Of a DNA stretch of 64,000 bases, positions 1 through 8,716 are shown piece by piece. The notes beneath the pieces are model-generated. The model did not search any database. It saw nothing but the letters and a program-made list of their open reading frames with translations, and was not told where the DNA came from. The stretch is from Sulfuritalea sp. (GTDB lineage Bacteria > Pseudomonadota > Gammaproteobacteria > Burkholderiales > Rhodocyclaceae). The stretch is from the NCBI RefSeq assembly GCF_017302275.1, contig NZ_JAFLDR010000016.1, positions 22,156 to 86,155 of the forward strand, in the 5' to 3' direction. Numbering within the stretch: position 1 is the stretch's first letter; every line of letters begins with the position of its first letter. The position numbers and the translations under genes are program-made.

Positions 1-140
1 TCGGCGATGTGGTAGCCGATGAACCAGTTGCGCAGGGTAAGGCTGACGTTGACAGCGCGGCTGGCCTGCTCGGCCAGGGCGGCATCCGCCTCGCGGATGG
101 CGGTGACGAGGCCGGCGAAATTGAGGGTCTTGGAACTCAT
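1..140 (-). CDS. YhcG/DUF1016 family (PDDEXK nuclease-associated) protein, N-terminal part, runs off window
   Basis: Not in ORF track; manual translation MSSKTLNFAGLVTAIREADAALAEQASRAVNVSLTLRNWFIGYHIA resembles the DUF1016 N-terminus (AVNxxLxxRNWxIG); lies directly downstream of hsdM. Confidence 0.75.
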   Translation of the reverse strand, partial: MSSKTLNFAGLVTAIREADAALAEQASRAVNVSLTLRNWFIGYHIA

Positions 141-191
141 GGCCGGGACCGCGTCGAGCTTGTGCAAGGGGTCATTGCACAAGTGCGAGCA

Positions 192-1856
192 TCAAAGCTC
201 ATAACCCAGCCCCGCCAGGTTCTTGCGGATTTCAGCCTCCAGTCGGGCGCTCTCGGCGAATTGATCGCGCAGCGTGGCGGTGAGGCGGGCCATCTTGTCT
301 TCGAAGGCTTCGCCGTCCGCCACTTGCGCGGCGGCGCCTACGTAGCGGCCGGGGGTGAGGACGTAGTCGCTCTTGCGGATGTCGATGAGTTCGGCCGCCT
401 TGCAGAAGCCGGGGATGTCTTGATATGCCGCTGGATTCCCGCTTTCGCGGGAATGACGCGGGATGGATTTCCAGGCGTGGAATGTGTCGGCCACCTTGGC
501 GATGTCCTCGGGCTTGAAGTCGCGCAGGACACGGTCTTTCATGTAGCCGAGGTTGCGGGCGTCGATGAACAGGGTTTCGCCACGGCGAGCGCGCACCCCA
601 TTGCGTTCGGCCTTGCTGCGGGTGAGGAACCAGATGCAGGCGGGTATCTGGGTGTTGGTGAAGAGCTGGCCGGGCAGCGCGACCATGCATTCGACCAGGT
701 CGGCTTCGATCAGGGCCTTGCGAATTTCGCCTTCGTTGTTGGTGTTGCTGCTCATCGAGCCATTGGCCAACAGCAGCGCCATGCTGCCGTGCGGCGCCAG
801 GTGGTGAATCATGTGCTGCATCCAGGCGAAGTTGGCGTTGTTGGGCGGCGGCACGCCGTACTTCCAGCGCACGTCGTCGTCCTTCACGCCTTCGTTCCAC
901 TCCTTCATGTTGAAGGGCGGATTGGCCATGATGAAGTCGGCGCGCAAATCCGGGTGCTGGGGTTTGTTGTAGGTGCTGGCCGGCTCCTTGCCGAAGTCGA
1001 AGTCCATGCCGCGGATGGCCATGTTCATCGAGGCTAGGCGCCAGGTGGTGGGGTTGGCTTCCTGGCCGTAGATGGAGAGCTGGCCGATGCGCCCGCCGTG
1101 CTCCAGCACGAAGCGCTCGCTCTGGACGAAGAAGCCGCCGGAGCCGCAGCAGGGGTCGTACACCCGGCCCTGGAAGGGTTCGAGCATTTCGACGATCAGG
1201 CCGACGATGCTCTTGGGCGTGTAGAACTCGCCGCCGCGCTTGCCGGCGGCAATCGAGAATTCGCCGAGGAAGTATTCGTAAACGTGGCCAAGGATGTCCT
1301 TGGCGTGCAGGCTTTCGTGCTTGAAGGGCACGGTGGCCAGCAGGTCGATCAGGCCGGGCAGCGCGCTGTCGATACGCCAGCGGGCGTAGCTCTTGTCGAG
1401 TACGTTCTTGAGCCTGGGGTTCTCCTTCTCGACGGCTTCGAGGGCGTCGTCGAGAAGGCGGCCGATGCCGGTGAATTTGTATTCGAAGGTCTTGCCATTC
1501 CTGACTTCGAGCTTCGTGCCGATGGCGACCTTGGCGCTGGCCTTGAGGAAATCCCAGCGGGCCAGGGACGGCACCCAGAACACGTTCTTCTCGGTGTAGT
1601 AGTCGCGGGCTTCGAGTTCCTGCTCGATCAGCTCGGTGCCGTCTTCGCCGAGATAGTAATCGTTGGCCGGGTCGGCGAAGGCGGCCTTGAGTTCCTCGCG
1701 GCGTTCCTTGAAGGCGTCGGAGACGTACTTGAGGAAGACCAGGCCGAGGACGACGTGCATGTAGTCGCCGGGGTTGAGGTTGGCGCGCAGCTTGTCGGCG
1801 GCGGTCCACAGGCGCTTGTCGAGGTCGTTGAGGAATTGTTGCTGCTTGTCGTCCAT
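192..1856 (-). CDS. hsdM: Type I restriction-modification system methyltransferase subunit M
   Basis: LWxAADKLR N-terminus, GEFYTP, VYDPCCGSGG (motif I), NPPF (motif IV), YVLTPGRYVG; ATG at 1856 chosen over ORF start 1910. Confidence 0.95.
   Translation of the reverse strand: MDDKQQQFLNDLDKRLWTAADKLRANLNPGDYMHVVLGLVFLKYVSDAFKERREELKAAFADPANDYYLGEDGTELIEQELEARDYYTEKNVFWVPSLARWDFLKASAKVAIGTKLEVRNGKTFEYKFTGIGRLLDDALEAVEKENPRLKNVLDKSYARWRIDSALPGLIDLLATVPFKHESLHAKDILGHVYEYFLGEFSIAAGKRGGEFYTPKSIVGLIVEMLEPFQGRVYDPCCGSGGFFVQSERFVLEHGGRIGQLSIYGQEANPTTWRLASMNMAIRGMDFDFGKEPASTYNKPQHPDLRADFIMANPPFNMKEWNEGVKDDDVRWKYGVPPPNNANFAWMQHMIHHLAPHGSMALLLANGSMSSNTNNEGEIRKALIEADLVECMVALPGQLFTNTQIPACIWFLTRSKAERNGVRARRGETLFIDARNLGYMKDRVLRDFKPEDIAKVADTFHAWKSIPRHSRESGNPAAYQDIPGFCKAAELIDIRKSDYVLTPGRYVGAAAQVADGEAFEDKMARLTATLRDQFAESARLEAEIRKNLAGLGYEL
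433..457. repeat. Palindromic ATTCCC-N8-GGGAAT element inserted in frame in hsdM
   Basis: GGATTCCCGCTTTCGCGGGAATGAC; translated as PRHSRESGNP within HsdM. Confidence 0.7.
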
Positions 1857-1984
1857 GGTGCGCAGTCCGGAGAGAAGGGCCAGCGGCAAGCGGTTCAGGG
1901 TGCCCGCCAAATGCCGTTCGACTAGGGGCGAATCATCGCACAGATCGGCGAGGCGTCGGCTATCGCGGAATCGCTGAACACCGG

Positions 1985-2007
1985 AAAAGTCGGCGCTGGC
2001 GGGACGG
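1985..2007 (+). repeat. Dispersed 23-bp motif, short form
   Basis: AAAAGTCGGCGCTGGCGGGACGG, intergenic hsdM/cidA. Confidence 0.85.
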
Positions 2008-2050
2008 CTCTGGCGATATCATCCAGGGCGTCTACATCTGCCGAACGCCC

Positions 2051-2425
2051 ATGCTCCTCGCCCTCACCCTGCTCCTCGTCTACCAACTGCTCGGTGAAGT
2101 CATCGCCCAGTTCTTCGCCCTGCCCGTGCCCGGGCCAGTGATCGGCATGGGCCTGCTGTTCGCCACGCTGGCGGTGCGTGGGGCGGTATCGGACGAATTG
2201 CGCGGCACGGCCAACGGGTTGCTGCAGCACCTGTCGCTGCTGTTCGTTCCGGCGGGGACCGGGGTTATGCTGCATTTCGGCCGACTGGCGGACGAATGGC
2301 TGGCGCTCGTGGCGTCATTGCTGATCAGCACGGTGGTCACCATCGCGGTGAGTGCGCTGCTTTTGCGTGCACTCATGCGCGCACTGATGGCGCGTGGCGG
2401 CGCCGACGCAGGGCGGGAATCATGA
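2051..2425 (+). CDS. CidA/LrgA family holin-like protein
   Basis: 124 aa hydrophobic protein with PGPVIGM and LSLLFVPAGTG motifs; overlaps the lrgB-like start. Confidence 0.9.
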   Translation: MLLALTLLLVYQLLGEVIAQFFALPVPGPVIGMGLLFATLAVRGAVSDELRGTANGLLQHLSLLFVPAGTGVMLHFGRLADEWLALVASLLISTVVTIAVSALLLRALMRALMARGGADAGRES

Positions 2426-3153
2426 ACCCGGTGACGCCGCGCCTGGGCGAGATTTGGGTCTATCTCTCGGCCTCGCCGCTGCTGGGCCTGACGCTGACGC
2501 TGTTGGCCTACCAGGCGGCCTTCTGGCTACACAAGCGCTGCAACGGCCACCCGGCGGCCAACCCGGTGCTGCTTTCGGTGCTGGCGCTGGTGGCGATCCT
2601 GTGGGCGACGGGCACGCCCTATGCCACGTATTTCGAGGGCGCGCAGTTCGTGCATTTCCTGCTCGGCCCGGCCACGGTGGCCCTGGCGATCCCGCTCTAC
2701 GCCCAACTGGCGCGCCTCAGGCGCCTGGCGCTGCCGCTGCTGCTGACGCTGGTGGCGGGCTCGGTCACGGCGGCAGTGTCGGCGGTGGCGGTGGCGGCGG
2801 CCCTGGGCGGCAGCCGGGTGACGCAGTTGTCATTGGCGCCGAAGTCGGTGACGACGCCGATCGCCATGGGCATCGCCGAGCGCATCGGCGGCCTGCCCTC
2901 GCTCACTGCGGTGCTGGTGATCATGACCGGCATCCTCGGCGCCATCGGCGCGCGCTACGTGTATCGCCTGCTGGCCATCAAGGACGAGGCGGTGCGCGGC
3001 TTCGCACTGGGGATCGCCTCGCACGGCATCGGCACGGCGCGTGCCTTCCAGGAAAGTGAACAGGCCGGCGCCTTCGCCGCGCTGGCGATGGGTTTGAATG
3101 GCCTGGCCACGGCGCTGCTGCTGCCCTTGCTGGTGTCGCTGATGACGGGTTGA
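2422..3153 (+). CDS. LrgB/CidB family membrane protein
   Basis: LGPATVALAIPLY, SLAPKSVTTPIAM, GIASHGIGTARA motifs; ATGA overlap with the cidA-like gene. Confidence 0.92.
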   Translation: MNPVTPRLGEIWVYLSASPLLGLTLTLLAYQAAFWLHKRCNGHPAANPVLLSVLALVAILWATGTPYATYFEGAQFVHFLLGPATVALAIPLYAQLARLRRLALPLLLTLVAGSVTAAVSAVAVAAALGGSRVTQLSLAPKSVTTPIAMGIAERIGGLPSLTAVLVIMTGILGAIGARYVYRLLAIKDEAVRGFALGIASHGIGTARAFQESEQAGAFAALAMGLNGLATALLLPLLVSLMTG

Positions 3154-3164
3154 AAGGAGAGGAA

Positions 3165-4160
3165 ATGCAAGCCTGTTACATCCAACGCTACGGCGGCCCG
3201 GAGGTAGTTCAGGTCGGCGTGCTGCCGGCGCCGACTCCCGGCGCCGGCGAACTGGTATTCCGCATGGAAGCGGCGAGCGTGAACCCGGTCGACTTCAAGA
3301 CACGCAACGGCATGCTGCGCGCGCTGCAGTCCTACCGCATGCCGGCGATCCTCGGCAACGATGCGGCCGGCGTGGTGACTGCACTTGGTCCCGGGGTAGA
3401 GGGCTTCGCAGTTGGCGACCGCGTCGCGGCGCGGCTGGACAAGGCGCGCATGGGGGCGTTTGCCGAGTTCGTGCCGGCACGCCAGCAAGACCTGGCGAAG
3501 ATTCCCGCGGGCGTGGATTTCGCGCCCGCCGCGGCGGTGGCATTGGCCGGGCTGACGGCCTGGCAATGCCTGACCGAGGTATTGCAGGTCGCCCCCGGCG
3601 AGCGCGTGCTGATCCACGCCGGTGGTGGTGGCGTCGGCCACCTGGCGATCCAGTTGGCGAAGGGCCTGGGCGCGCAAGTCACTACCACCGCCTCGGCGGC
3701 CAGCCACGACTGGCTGCGAGAACTCGGTGCCGATGTGTGCGTGGATTACCGCCAAGCCGACTTCAGGAACGAGTGCGCGCCCTTCGACGCGGTGCTCGAC
3801 ACGATGGGAGGCGAAACCCTGCTGCGCTCGATCACCCACACGAGGCGCGGCGGCCGCGTGGTCAGCATCGGTGACCTGCCAACGCCGGAAATCGCCGCCG
3901 AGTTTGCCAAGCCCTGGCTGGCGCCGGTGTTCTGGCTGCTCTCGCGCAAGCCGCGGGCGGCGGCTCGTGCGCAGGGAGTGGCCTATCGCTACTGGTTCAT
4001 GCGCGAGGACGGCGCGCAGCTGGCGCTGCTCCTGGACAAGATCGCGCGCGGCGAACTGCGGGTCAAGATCGACCGGGAGTTGCCGCTGGCGCAGGCGCCG
4101 GAAGCGTTGCGCATTTCGGAGACGGGCGGCGTTCACGGCAAGCTGGCGGTACTGCCTTAA
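3165..4160 (+). CDS. NADP-dependent oxidoreductase (MDR/quinone oxidoreductase family)
   Basis: AASVNPVDFK, VLIHAGGGGVGH; RBS AGGAGAGG before ATG 3165. Confidence 0.88.
   Translation: MQACYIQRYGGPEVVQVGVLPAPTPGAGELVFRMEAASVNPVDFKTRNGMLRALQSYRMPAILGNDAAGVVTALGPGVEGFAVGDRVAARLDKARMGAFAEFVPARQQDLAKIPAGVDFAPAAAVALAGLTAWQCLTEVLQVAPGERVLIHAGGGGVGHLAIQLAKGLGAQVTTTASAASHDWLRELGADVCVDYRQADFRNECAPFDAVLDTMGGETLLRSITHTRRGGRVVSIGDLPTPEIAAEFAKPWLAPVFWLLSRKPRAAARAQGVAYRYWFMREDGAQLALLLDKIARGELRVKIDRELPLAQAPEALRISETGGVHGKLAVLP
3217..3239 (-). repeat. Dispersed 23-bp motif, degenerate short form inside oxidoreductase CDS
   Basis: GGGAGTCGGCGCCGGCAGCACGC (reverse strand); encodes VLPAPTP. Confidence 0.5.
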
Positions 4161-4229
4161 GCGGCAAGGGGGTCGCGAAAAATGCATTGATTCGTCGTCG
4201 CGGCAGGGCGAGCGGCGCGTTTCGAAACA

Positions 4230-4259
4230 GAAAAGCGGGAGCGACGCCTCCCGCTTTTC
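4230..4259. terminator. Bidirectional intrinsic terminator
   Basis: GAAAAGCGGGAG-cgacgc-CTCCCGCTTTTC perfect stem with A/T tails, between convergent genes. Confidence 0.85.
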
Positions 4260-4278
4260 GTCGTTGCCGAGGCCGCGA

Positions 4279-4782
4279 TCAACCGAGGCGCGTCCGGCGA
4301 CGCCGGATCACGCCGAGCACTCCGAGGCCTACGAGCAGCATCGCGTAGGTTTCGGGCTCGGGGATGGCGGTCGGAGTCCAGTGTCCCGTCACTCTGACGT
4401 TCTTCCACTCCGGATCGGCCACGCCGCCATTCATTAACTCACCGTTTTTCCAGATCGTTGCGCCGATAACTCCATTTGGCGTATAGAGATCGCCATCTTT
4501 GACCGGGAAAGTACCGTCAGGCGGTGGGAAATCCCGTCCCTTGGTCAGTCTTGCGATTGGCTTGCCGTCATCGCCCAGGTACGAGATTTCCAGGTGCAGA
4601 TCGGTAGCTATGACACCCCTCGTGTTCTTGCATCTATAAAGCATCAATAACCCCCCCGTCGCAAACTCGCTGAAGGAGCAGACGCCGCCAGATATCTGGG
4701 CCTCTTTCTCAGCCCACGCAGCACCAGAACTCGACAAGAACACTGCAAACACTGATGCCGATACCAAGACTCTTATTGACAT
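4279..4782 (-). CDS. PEP-CTERM sorting domain exported protein
   Basis: Signal peptide MSIRVLVSASVFAVFLSSSGAAWA; C-terminus IPEPETYAMLLVGLGVLGVIRRRR; visibly AT-richer than flanks. Confidence 0.88.
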   Translation of the reverse strand: MSIRVLVSASVFAVFLSSSGAAWAEKEAQISGGVCSFSEFATGGLLMLYRCKNTRGVIATDLHLEISYLGDDGKPIARLTKGRDFPPPDGTFPVKDGDLYTPNGVIGATIWKNGELMNGGVADPEWKNVRVTGHWTPTAIPEPETYAMLLVGLGVLGVIRRRRTRLG

Positions 4783-5024
4783 GATTTCTCCAAGAAAAAC
4801 TAACTCAAAATCGGCCAAACACGCCCGACAACGATGACATATGCCTAATATACCAACCCACGATAACTGGTCAATACAGGGTTCTCGGTAGTCCAACTAC
4901 CGGAATCCAAGTAGCGAAATAGTTGTGCTGAATCAGGTCGGAGGCTGCGATCGACCACAGCCTCCTGCTCCGTTGCACGCCAAAGACGTAAAGTGCCGCC
5001 TACCGACCCCGGCCATCTCCTCCC

Positions 5025-5430
5025 ATGAAAATCCCGACCATTCCGCTGCGCCACGCGCTGACCTGGCCGGAAGCCCGGCCATCGGTTGGCAACGGCCTTT
5101 GGGTCATGGCGCTGTTTGCCGCCGGAGTTTTCGTCGCGCGGCAATACGCGGCGCAGATCGAGCAAGTGCTGGCCGGCTACGCGGCCGTGGGAATCGGCAT
5201 ATTCCTCGCCAGTTCGGTAATGGCGGCGCTGCTGCCGCTGCTCGGCAACTTGCCCCTGGTGCCGGCAACCGTGCTGGCCTGGGGTCCGTGGTGGACGGCG
5301 GGCATGCTGCTGTCGGGCTGGATCGTCGGTGCGGCGCTGGCCTTCCTGCTCGGACGCCATGCAGTTGCTGGTCTTCGGCGCTTCGGCGCTGGCCTTCGTT
5401 GCCTGCGTGCGCTGGGTGTGGCGCGGCCCG
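5025..5430 (+). pseudogene. VTT/TVP38 (DedA superfamily) membrane protein remnant with internal deletion/frameshift
   Basis: Hydrophobic N-half (NLPLVP..WGPWWTAGMLLSGWIVGAALAFLLGRH) stops abruptly at ~5360; a terminal TM helix (QLLVFGASALAFVACVRWVW) continues in another frame. Confidence 0.55.
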
Positions 5431-5607
5431 ACCGGCGCGCCGCAGGACGTCACCCGGCCTTGCCCCATCAGCGGAGTCACGCATCGTTCGCGATCCACGC
5501 GGCCGTCCATCCCGACCTGCGCCACGTCACGGCGCTTCGCCAGCTTGGGCATGCTGCAACTGCGTCGGCCTGGTCGCGCGGGTGGCGACGATTCGGCACC
5601 ACCATCG

Positions 5608-5630
5608 CCGTACCACCGGCGCCGACTATT
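5608..5630 (-). repeat. Dispersed 23-bp motif, short form
   Basis: AATAGTCGGCGCCGGTGGTACGG (reverse strand), intergenic. Confidence 0.8.
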
Positions 5631-5927
5631 GCGACGCCACGTCCCGAGCAGTGTCGACGTCGTCGGGTATATAGTCATTCGGCGGCGACACGGCGGTCGC
5701 GAAACCACGGCACCGATGCCGGCCAACCCCAGGAGACTCGACGATGGTCACGATCAGCCTTCTTCACCTCGATTCCGGAGCCTGCAGATTCGACGTCGCC
5801 TGCTACTGGAAATCGCCCATGCCCGTGGTCAAGAACAAGCCGGGCGACGCGCACGGGCGAACCGGCAAACCGCGGCGGCAGATGGCTTGAGCCACCCGTT
5901 CCAGGCATCGGTTCGCGTCGGGCGAGC

Positions 5928-6779
5928 ATGACACCCATCCATTTCCCCGCCAGCGACGGCCACCGCCTCGCGGCCTGCCGCTTCGATCCGCACGGCCCCG
6001 TCCGCGGCCAGGTCGTCATCGCGGCGGCGATGGCCGTGCCGCAGGCCTTCTATGCCAACTTCGCGCGCTTCCTGGCGCGACGCGGCTATACCACCTGGAC
6101 CTTCGACTATCGCGGCATCGGCGACTCGCTGAGCGGTCCGCGCCGCAAGCTGAAGGCCGACCTCAACGACTGGCTGCGCAAGGATTACGACGCCCTGCTG
6201 CGGACGATCGTCGCCGCCACGCCCGACGATCCGCTGTTCGTCGTCGGTCACAGCTTCGGCGGCCAGGTGGCGCCGCTGCTGCCTTCACGCGAGCGCCTCG
6301 CGGGGCTGGTCAACATCGCCGTCGGCAGCGGCGCGACGCGCCACCTGACGCCGCGCCTGAAACGTTCCGCGCCCCTGCTGTGGCACGTGCTGGCGCCCGC
6401 ACTGTGCCCGCTGTTCGGCTACTTTCCCGGCTCCCGCATCGGCGTCGTCGGCGACCTGCCCACCGGTGCCTTGTACCAGTGGCGGCGCTGGTGCCTGACG
6501 CCGGACTACCTGCTCACGGGCGAACCCGGCGCCCGCGAAGCCTATGCCACGGCCGACTACCCGGTACTGGCCCTGACCTTCGCCGACGACGAACTGCTGC
6601 TCGAAGAGGGCTCGCGCCTGCTGCACGGCGCCTACCGGCGGCGCGCCGTCGATTTCCGCCTGGTCGAACCCGCGCAGCATGGCCTCGCGCGCATCGGCCA
6701 CTTCGGCTTCTTCAAGCCGCCGAGCGAGGCCGCGTTATGGCCGCTGGTGGCCGAGTGGCTGGATCACCGGGCGCGATGA
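5928..6779 (+). CDS. Alpha/beta fold hydrolase
   Basis: FDYRGIGDS, VGHSFGG nucleophile elbow, C-terminal IGHFGFF; start 5928 rather than ORF start 5025. Confidence 0.88.
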   Translation: MTPIHFPASDGHRLAACRFDPHGPVRGQVVIAAAMAVPQAFYANFARFLARRGYTTWTFDYRGIGDSLSGPRRKLKADLNDWLRKDYDALLRTIVAATPDDPLFVVGHSFGGQVAPLLPSRERLAGLVNIAVGSGATRHLTPRLKRSAPLLWHVLAPALCPLFGYFPGSRIGVVGDLPTGALYQWRRWCLTPDYLLTGEPGAREAYATADYPVLALTFADDELLLEEGSRLLHGAYRRRAVDFRLVEPAQHGLARIGHFGFFKPPSEAALWPLVAEWLDHRAR

Positions 6780-6805
6780 CGCGACGTCCTTGGCGGGACG
6801 CCACG

Positions 6806-6852
6806 AAAAGTCGGCGCCCCACAGGGACTTCCTTCGGTCGCTGGCGGGGCGG
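6806..6852 (+). repeat. Dispersed motif, long form with 24-nt insert
   Basis: AAAAGTCGGCGC[CCCACAGGGACTTCCTTCGGTCGC]TGGCGGGGCGG, between convergent genes. Confidence 0.85.
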
Positions 6853-6876
6853 CGATCCACCTCCGAGCGATGCCGG

Positions 6877-7704
6877 TCACGCCGGCCGCGAACGACTGGC
6901 GAATTCGCCACCCACCCGGCGCTTCATGATTCGGGCGTAGAGCCCCGGCGCCAGCCGGGAAAGCCACCAGGCCATGCGCGAGGTGCTGTCGGGCAGCAGT
7001 AGCGCGCGGCCTTCCGCCACGGCCGAGAAAATGCGCCCGGCGATTTCCTCGGGCGAGGATTCGCCGCCGGTGGTGATGCGCGGACCGCTGACCGGCGCGC
7101 CGCTGCCGTCGGTGGCGGCGGCGCCGATGCCGGTGCGGATGAACGACGGGCAGACCACGGTGACGCCTACACCGGCGCCTTCCACTTCACTGCGCAGGCT
7201 GTCGAAAAAGCCATGCAGCGCATGCTTGCTGGCGGCATAACCGGTGCGGCCGGTCAGCGGCGCGAAGCCGGCGACGCTGGAGATGGCGACGACGAAGCCG
7301 CGGCGTGCGACGATGGATCCCAGCGCCGCGCGCGTCAGGTTCGCCGCGCCGAAGAAATTCACTTCCATGACGCGGCGGATCACCGCCGGATCGGTGTCCT
7401 GCAAGAGGCTGCGGGCGCTGATGCCGGCGTTGTTGATCAGGCCGTCGAGCGCGCCGAAATGCGCCAGCGTGGCGGCCACCGCCGAGACGCAGGCGGAGGA
7501 TTCGGTGATGTCGCCGGGGATGCCCAGGGCCTCTGCTCCGCCGGCGCGCAATTCGGAAACCAGGGCATCGAGTTTCCGCGCATCGAAATCCAGGGCGGCG
7601 ATGCGTGCGCCGGCGGCGGCATAAGTCCGGCACAGGGCGGCGCCAAGGCCGCCGGCGGCGCCGGTGATGAGAACGACCTTGCCCTTGAATTCGCGGCTAG
7701 TCAT
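6877..7704 (-). CDS. Short-chain dehydrogenase/reductase (classical SDR)
   Basis: TGAAGGLG, NNAGI, YAASK motifs. Confidence 0.92.
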   Translation of the reverse strand: MTSREFKGKVVLITGAAGGLGAALCRTYAAAGARIAALDFDARKLDALVSELRAGGAEALGIPGDITESSACVSAVAATLAHFGALDGLINNAGISARSLLQDTDPAVIRRVMEVNFFGAANLTRAALGSIVARRGFVVAISSVAGFAPLTGRTGYAASKHALHGFFDSLRSEVEGAGVGVTVVCPSFIRTGIGAAATDGSGAPVSGPRITTGGESSPEEIAGRIFSAVAEGRALLLPDSTSRMAWWLSRLAPGLYARIMKRRVGGEFASRSRPA

Positions 7705-7711
7705 TGCACAC

Positions 7712-7742
7712 GGGGCTTCGACAGGCTCAGCCCGAACGGTGG
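7712..7742 (+). repeat. REP-like element (GGGGCTTCGACAGGCTCAGCCCGAACGGTGG)
   Basis: Near-identical copies at 18554-18584 and, inverted, at 18512-18538. Confidence 0.75.
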
Positions 7743-7759
7743 TTTCACCGGCTCAATTG

Positions 7760-8716
7760 TCATCGGGCCTTGCCTTGACGCGAGCGGCGCCACAGGTCGA
7801 AGACCTCGGCGGAGGTCAGTTTCGGCACGTAGCCGAACTCCTCCTTGAGGCACCGGTTGGCCAGCACCGGGCGGTAGCGCAGGAAATCGATCTGCTCGGG
7901 GCCGTACCGGGTCATGCCCAGCTTCTTCAGCAGCCACAATGCCGCCTGCAGCAGGCCGGGCTGAAGCACTACGCAACGCTTGCCGAGGCGCTCGGCGATC
8001 TCGAAAATCGAAAGCTTGCCGTCGCCGGCGACGTTGAAAATGCCGGTCACGGTCGAATCGACACCTTGCACGATGGCGCCGACCACGTCCTGGTCGTGGA
8101 TGAAGACGAAGGGGCTATCGGAGCCTTTGATCGCGATCAGGCGCGGCTTTTCGAAGAGGTCGGTGATCTGGTTATGCACCGTCGCGCCGAGGATGGTGCC
8201 GATGCGGAACACGATCTGCTCCAGTTGCGGCTGGCTGGCGCGGTACTCGGCAAGCATTTCCTCGACCAGGCGCTTGTGCCAGGAATAGGCGAAGCTCTGG
8301 TTGCCGCGCACCGGGTCGGCCTCGCTCAGCCACTCCGGGTTGTCGGCGTGGTAGCCGTAGGCGGCGCCGCTGGACGAAACGATGATGCGCCTGACGCCAT
8401 GCGCCAGGCAGGCTTCGAGCAGATTGCGGGTGCCGCCGACATCGACGCTGAACTCGAACTCGCGATTGCTCTTTTTCCCCGGCGTTACGATCGAGGCCAG
8501 ATGCACCACGACGCGCGGCCGGTGGCGGCCGACGATGGCATCGACCTCGGCGGCGCGGATGTCGGCACTTTCGTAGATCACGCCCGGCAGGCGTTGCGCC
8601 GGGTCGCGCAGGTCGAGCGCGATCACCTCGATGTCGCCGCGCGCCGCCAGCGCCGCCACCACCTGGCTGCCGAGGTAGCCGGAACTGCCGGTGACGAGGA
8701 CGCAGGCCGGGTTCAT
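7760..8716 (-). CDS. NAD-dependent epimerase/dehydratase (extended SDR)
   Basis: TGSSGYLG, HLAS, SSSGAAYG, YSWHK; ATG 8716 overlaps the upstream gene stop. Confidence 0.88.
   Translation of the reverse strand: MNPACVLVTGSSGYLGSQVVAALAARGDIEVIALDLRDPAQRLPGVIYESADIRAAEVDAIVGRHRPRVVVHLASIVTPGKKSNREFEFSVDVGGTRNLLEACLAHGVRRIIVSSSGAAYGYHADNPEWLSEADPVRGNQSFAYSWHKRLVEEMLAEYRASQPQLEQIVFRIGTILGATVHNQITDLFEKPRLIAIKGSDSPFVFIHDQDVVGAIVQGVDSTVTGIFNVAGDGKLSIFEIAERLGKRCVVLQPGLLQAALWLLKKLGMTRYGPEQIDFLRYRPVLANRCLKEEFGYVPKLTSAEVFDLWRRSRQGKAR

Noticed and set aside
5025-6779. 584-aa ORF read as a VTT-hydrolase fusion protein
   Set aside because: The middle ~190 codons are Arg/Pro/Ala-rich without host codon pattern and contain a repeat copy; better explained as a broken VTT gene and a separate hydrolase sharing a frame by chance
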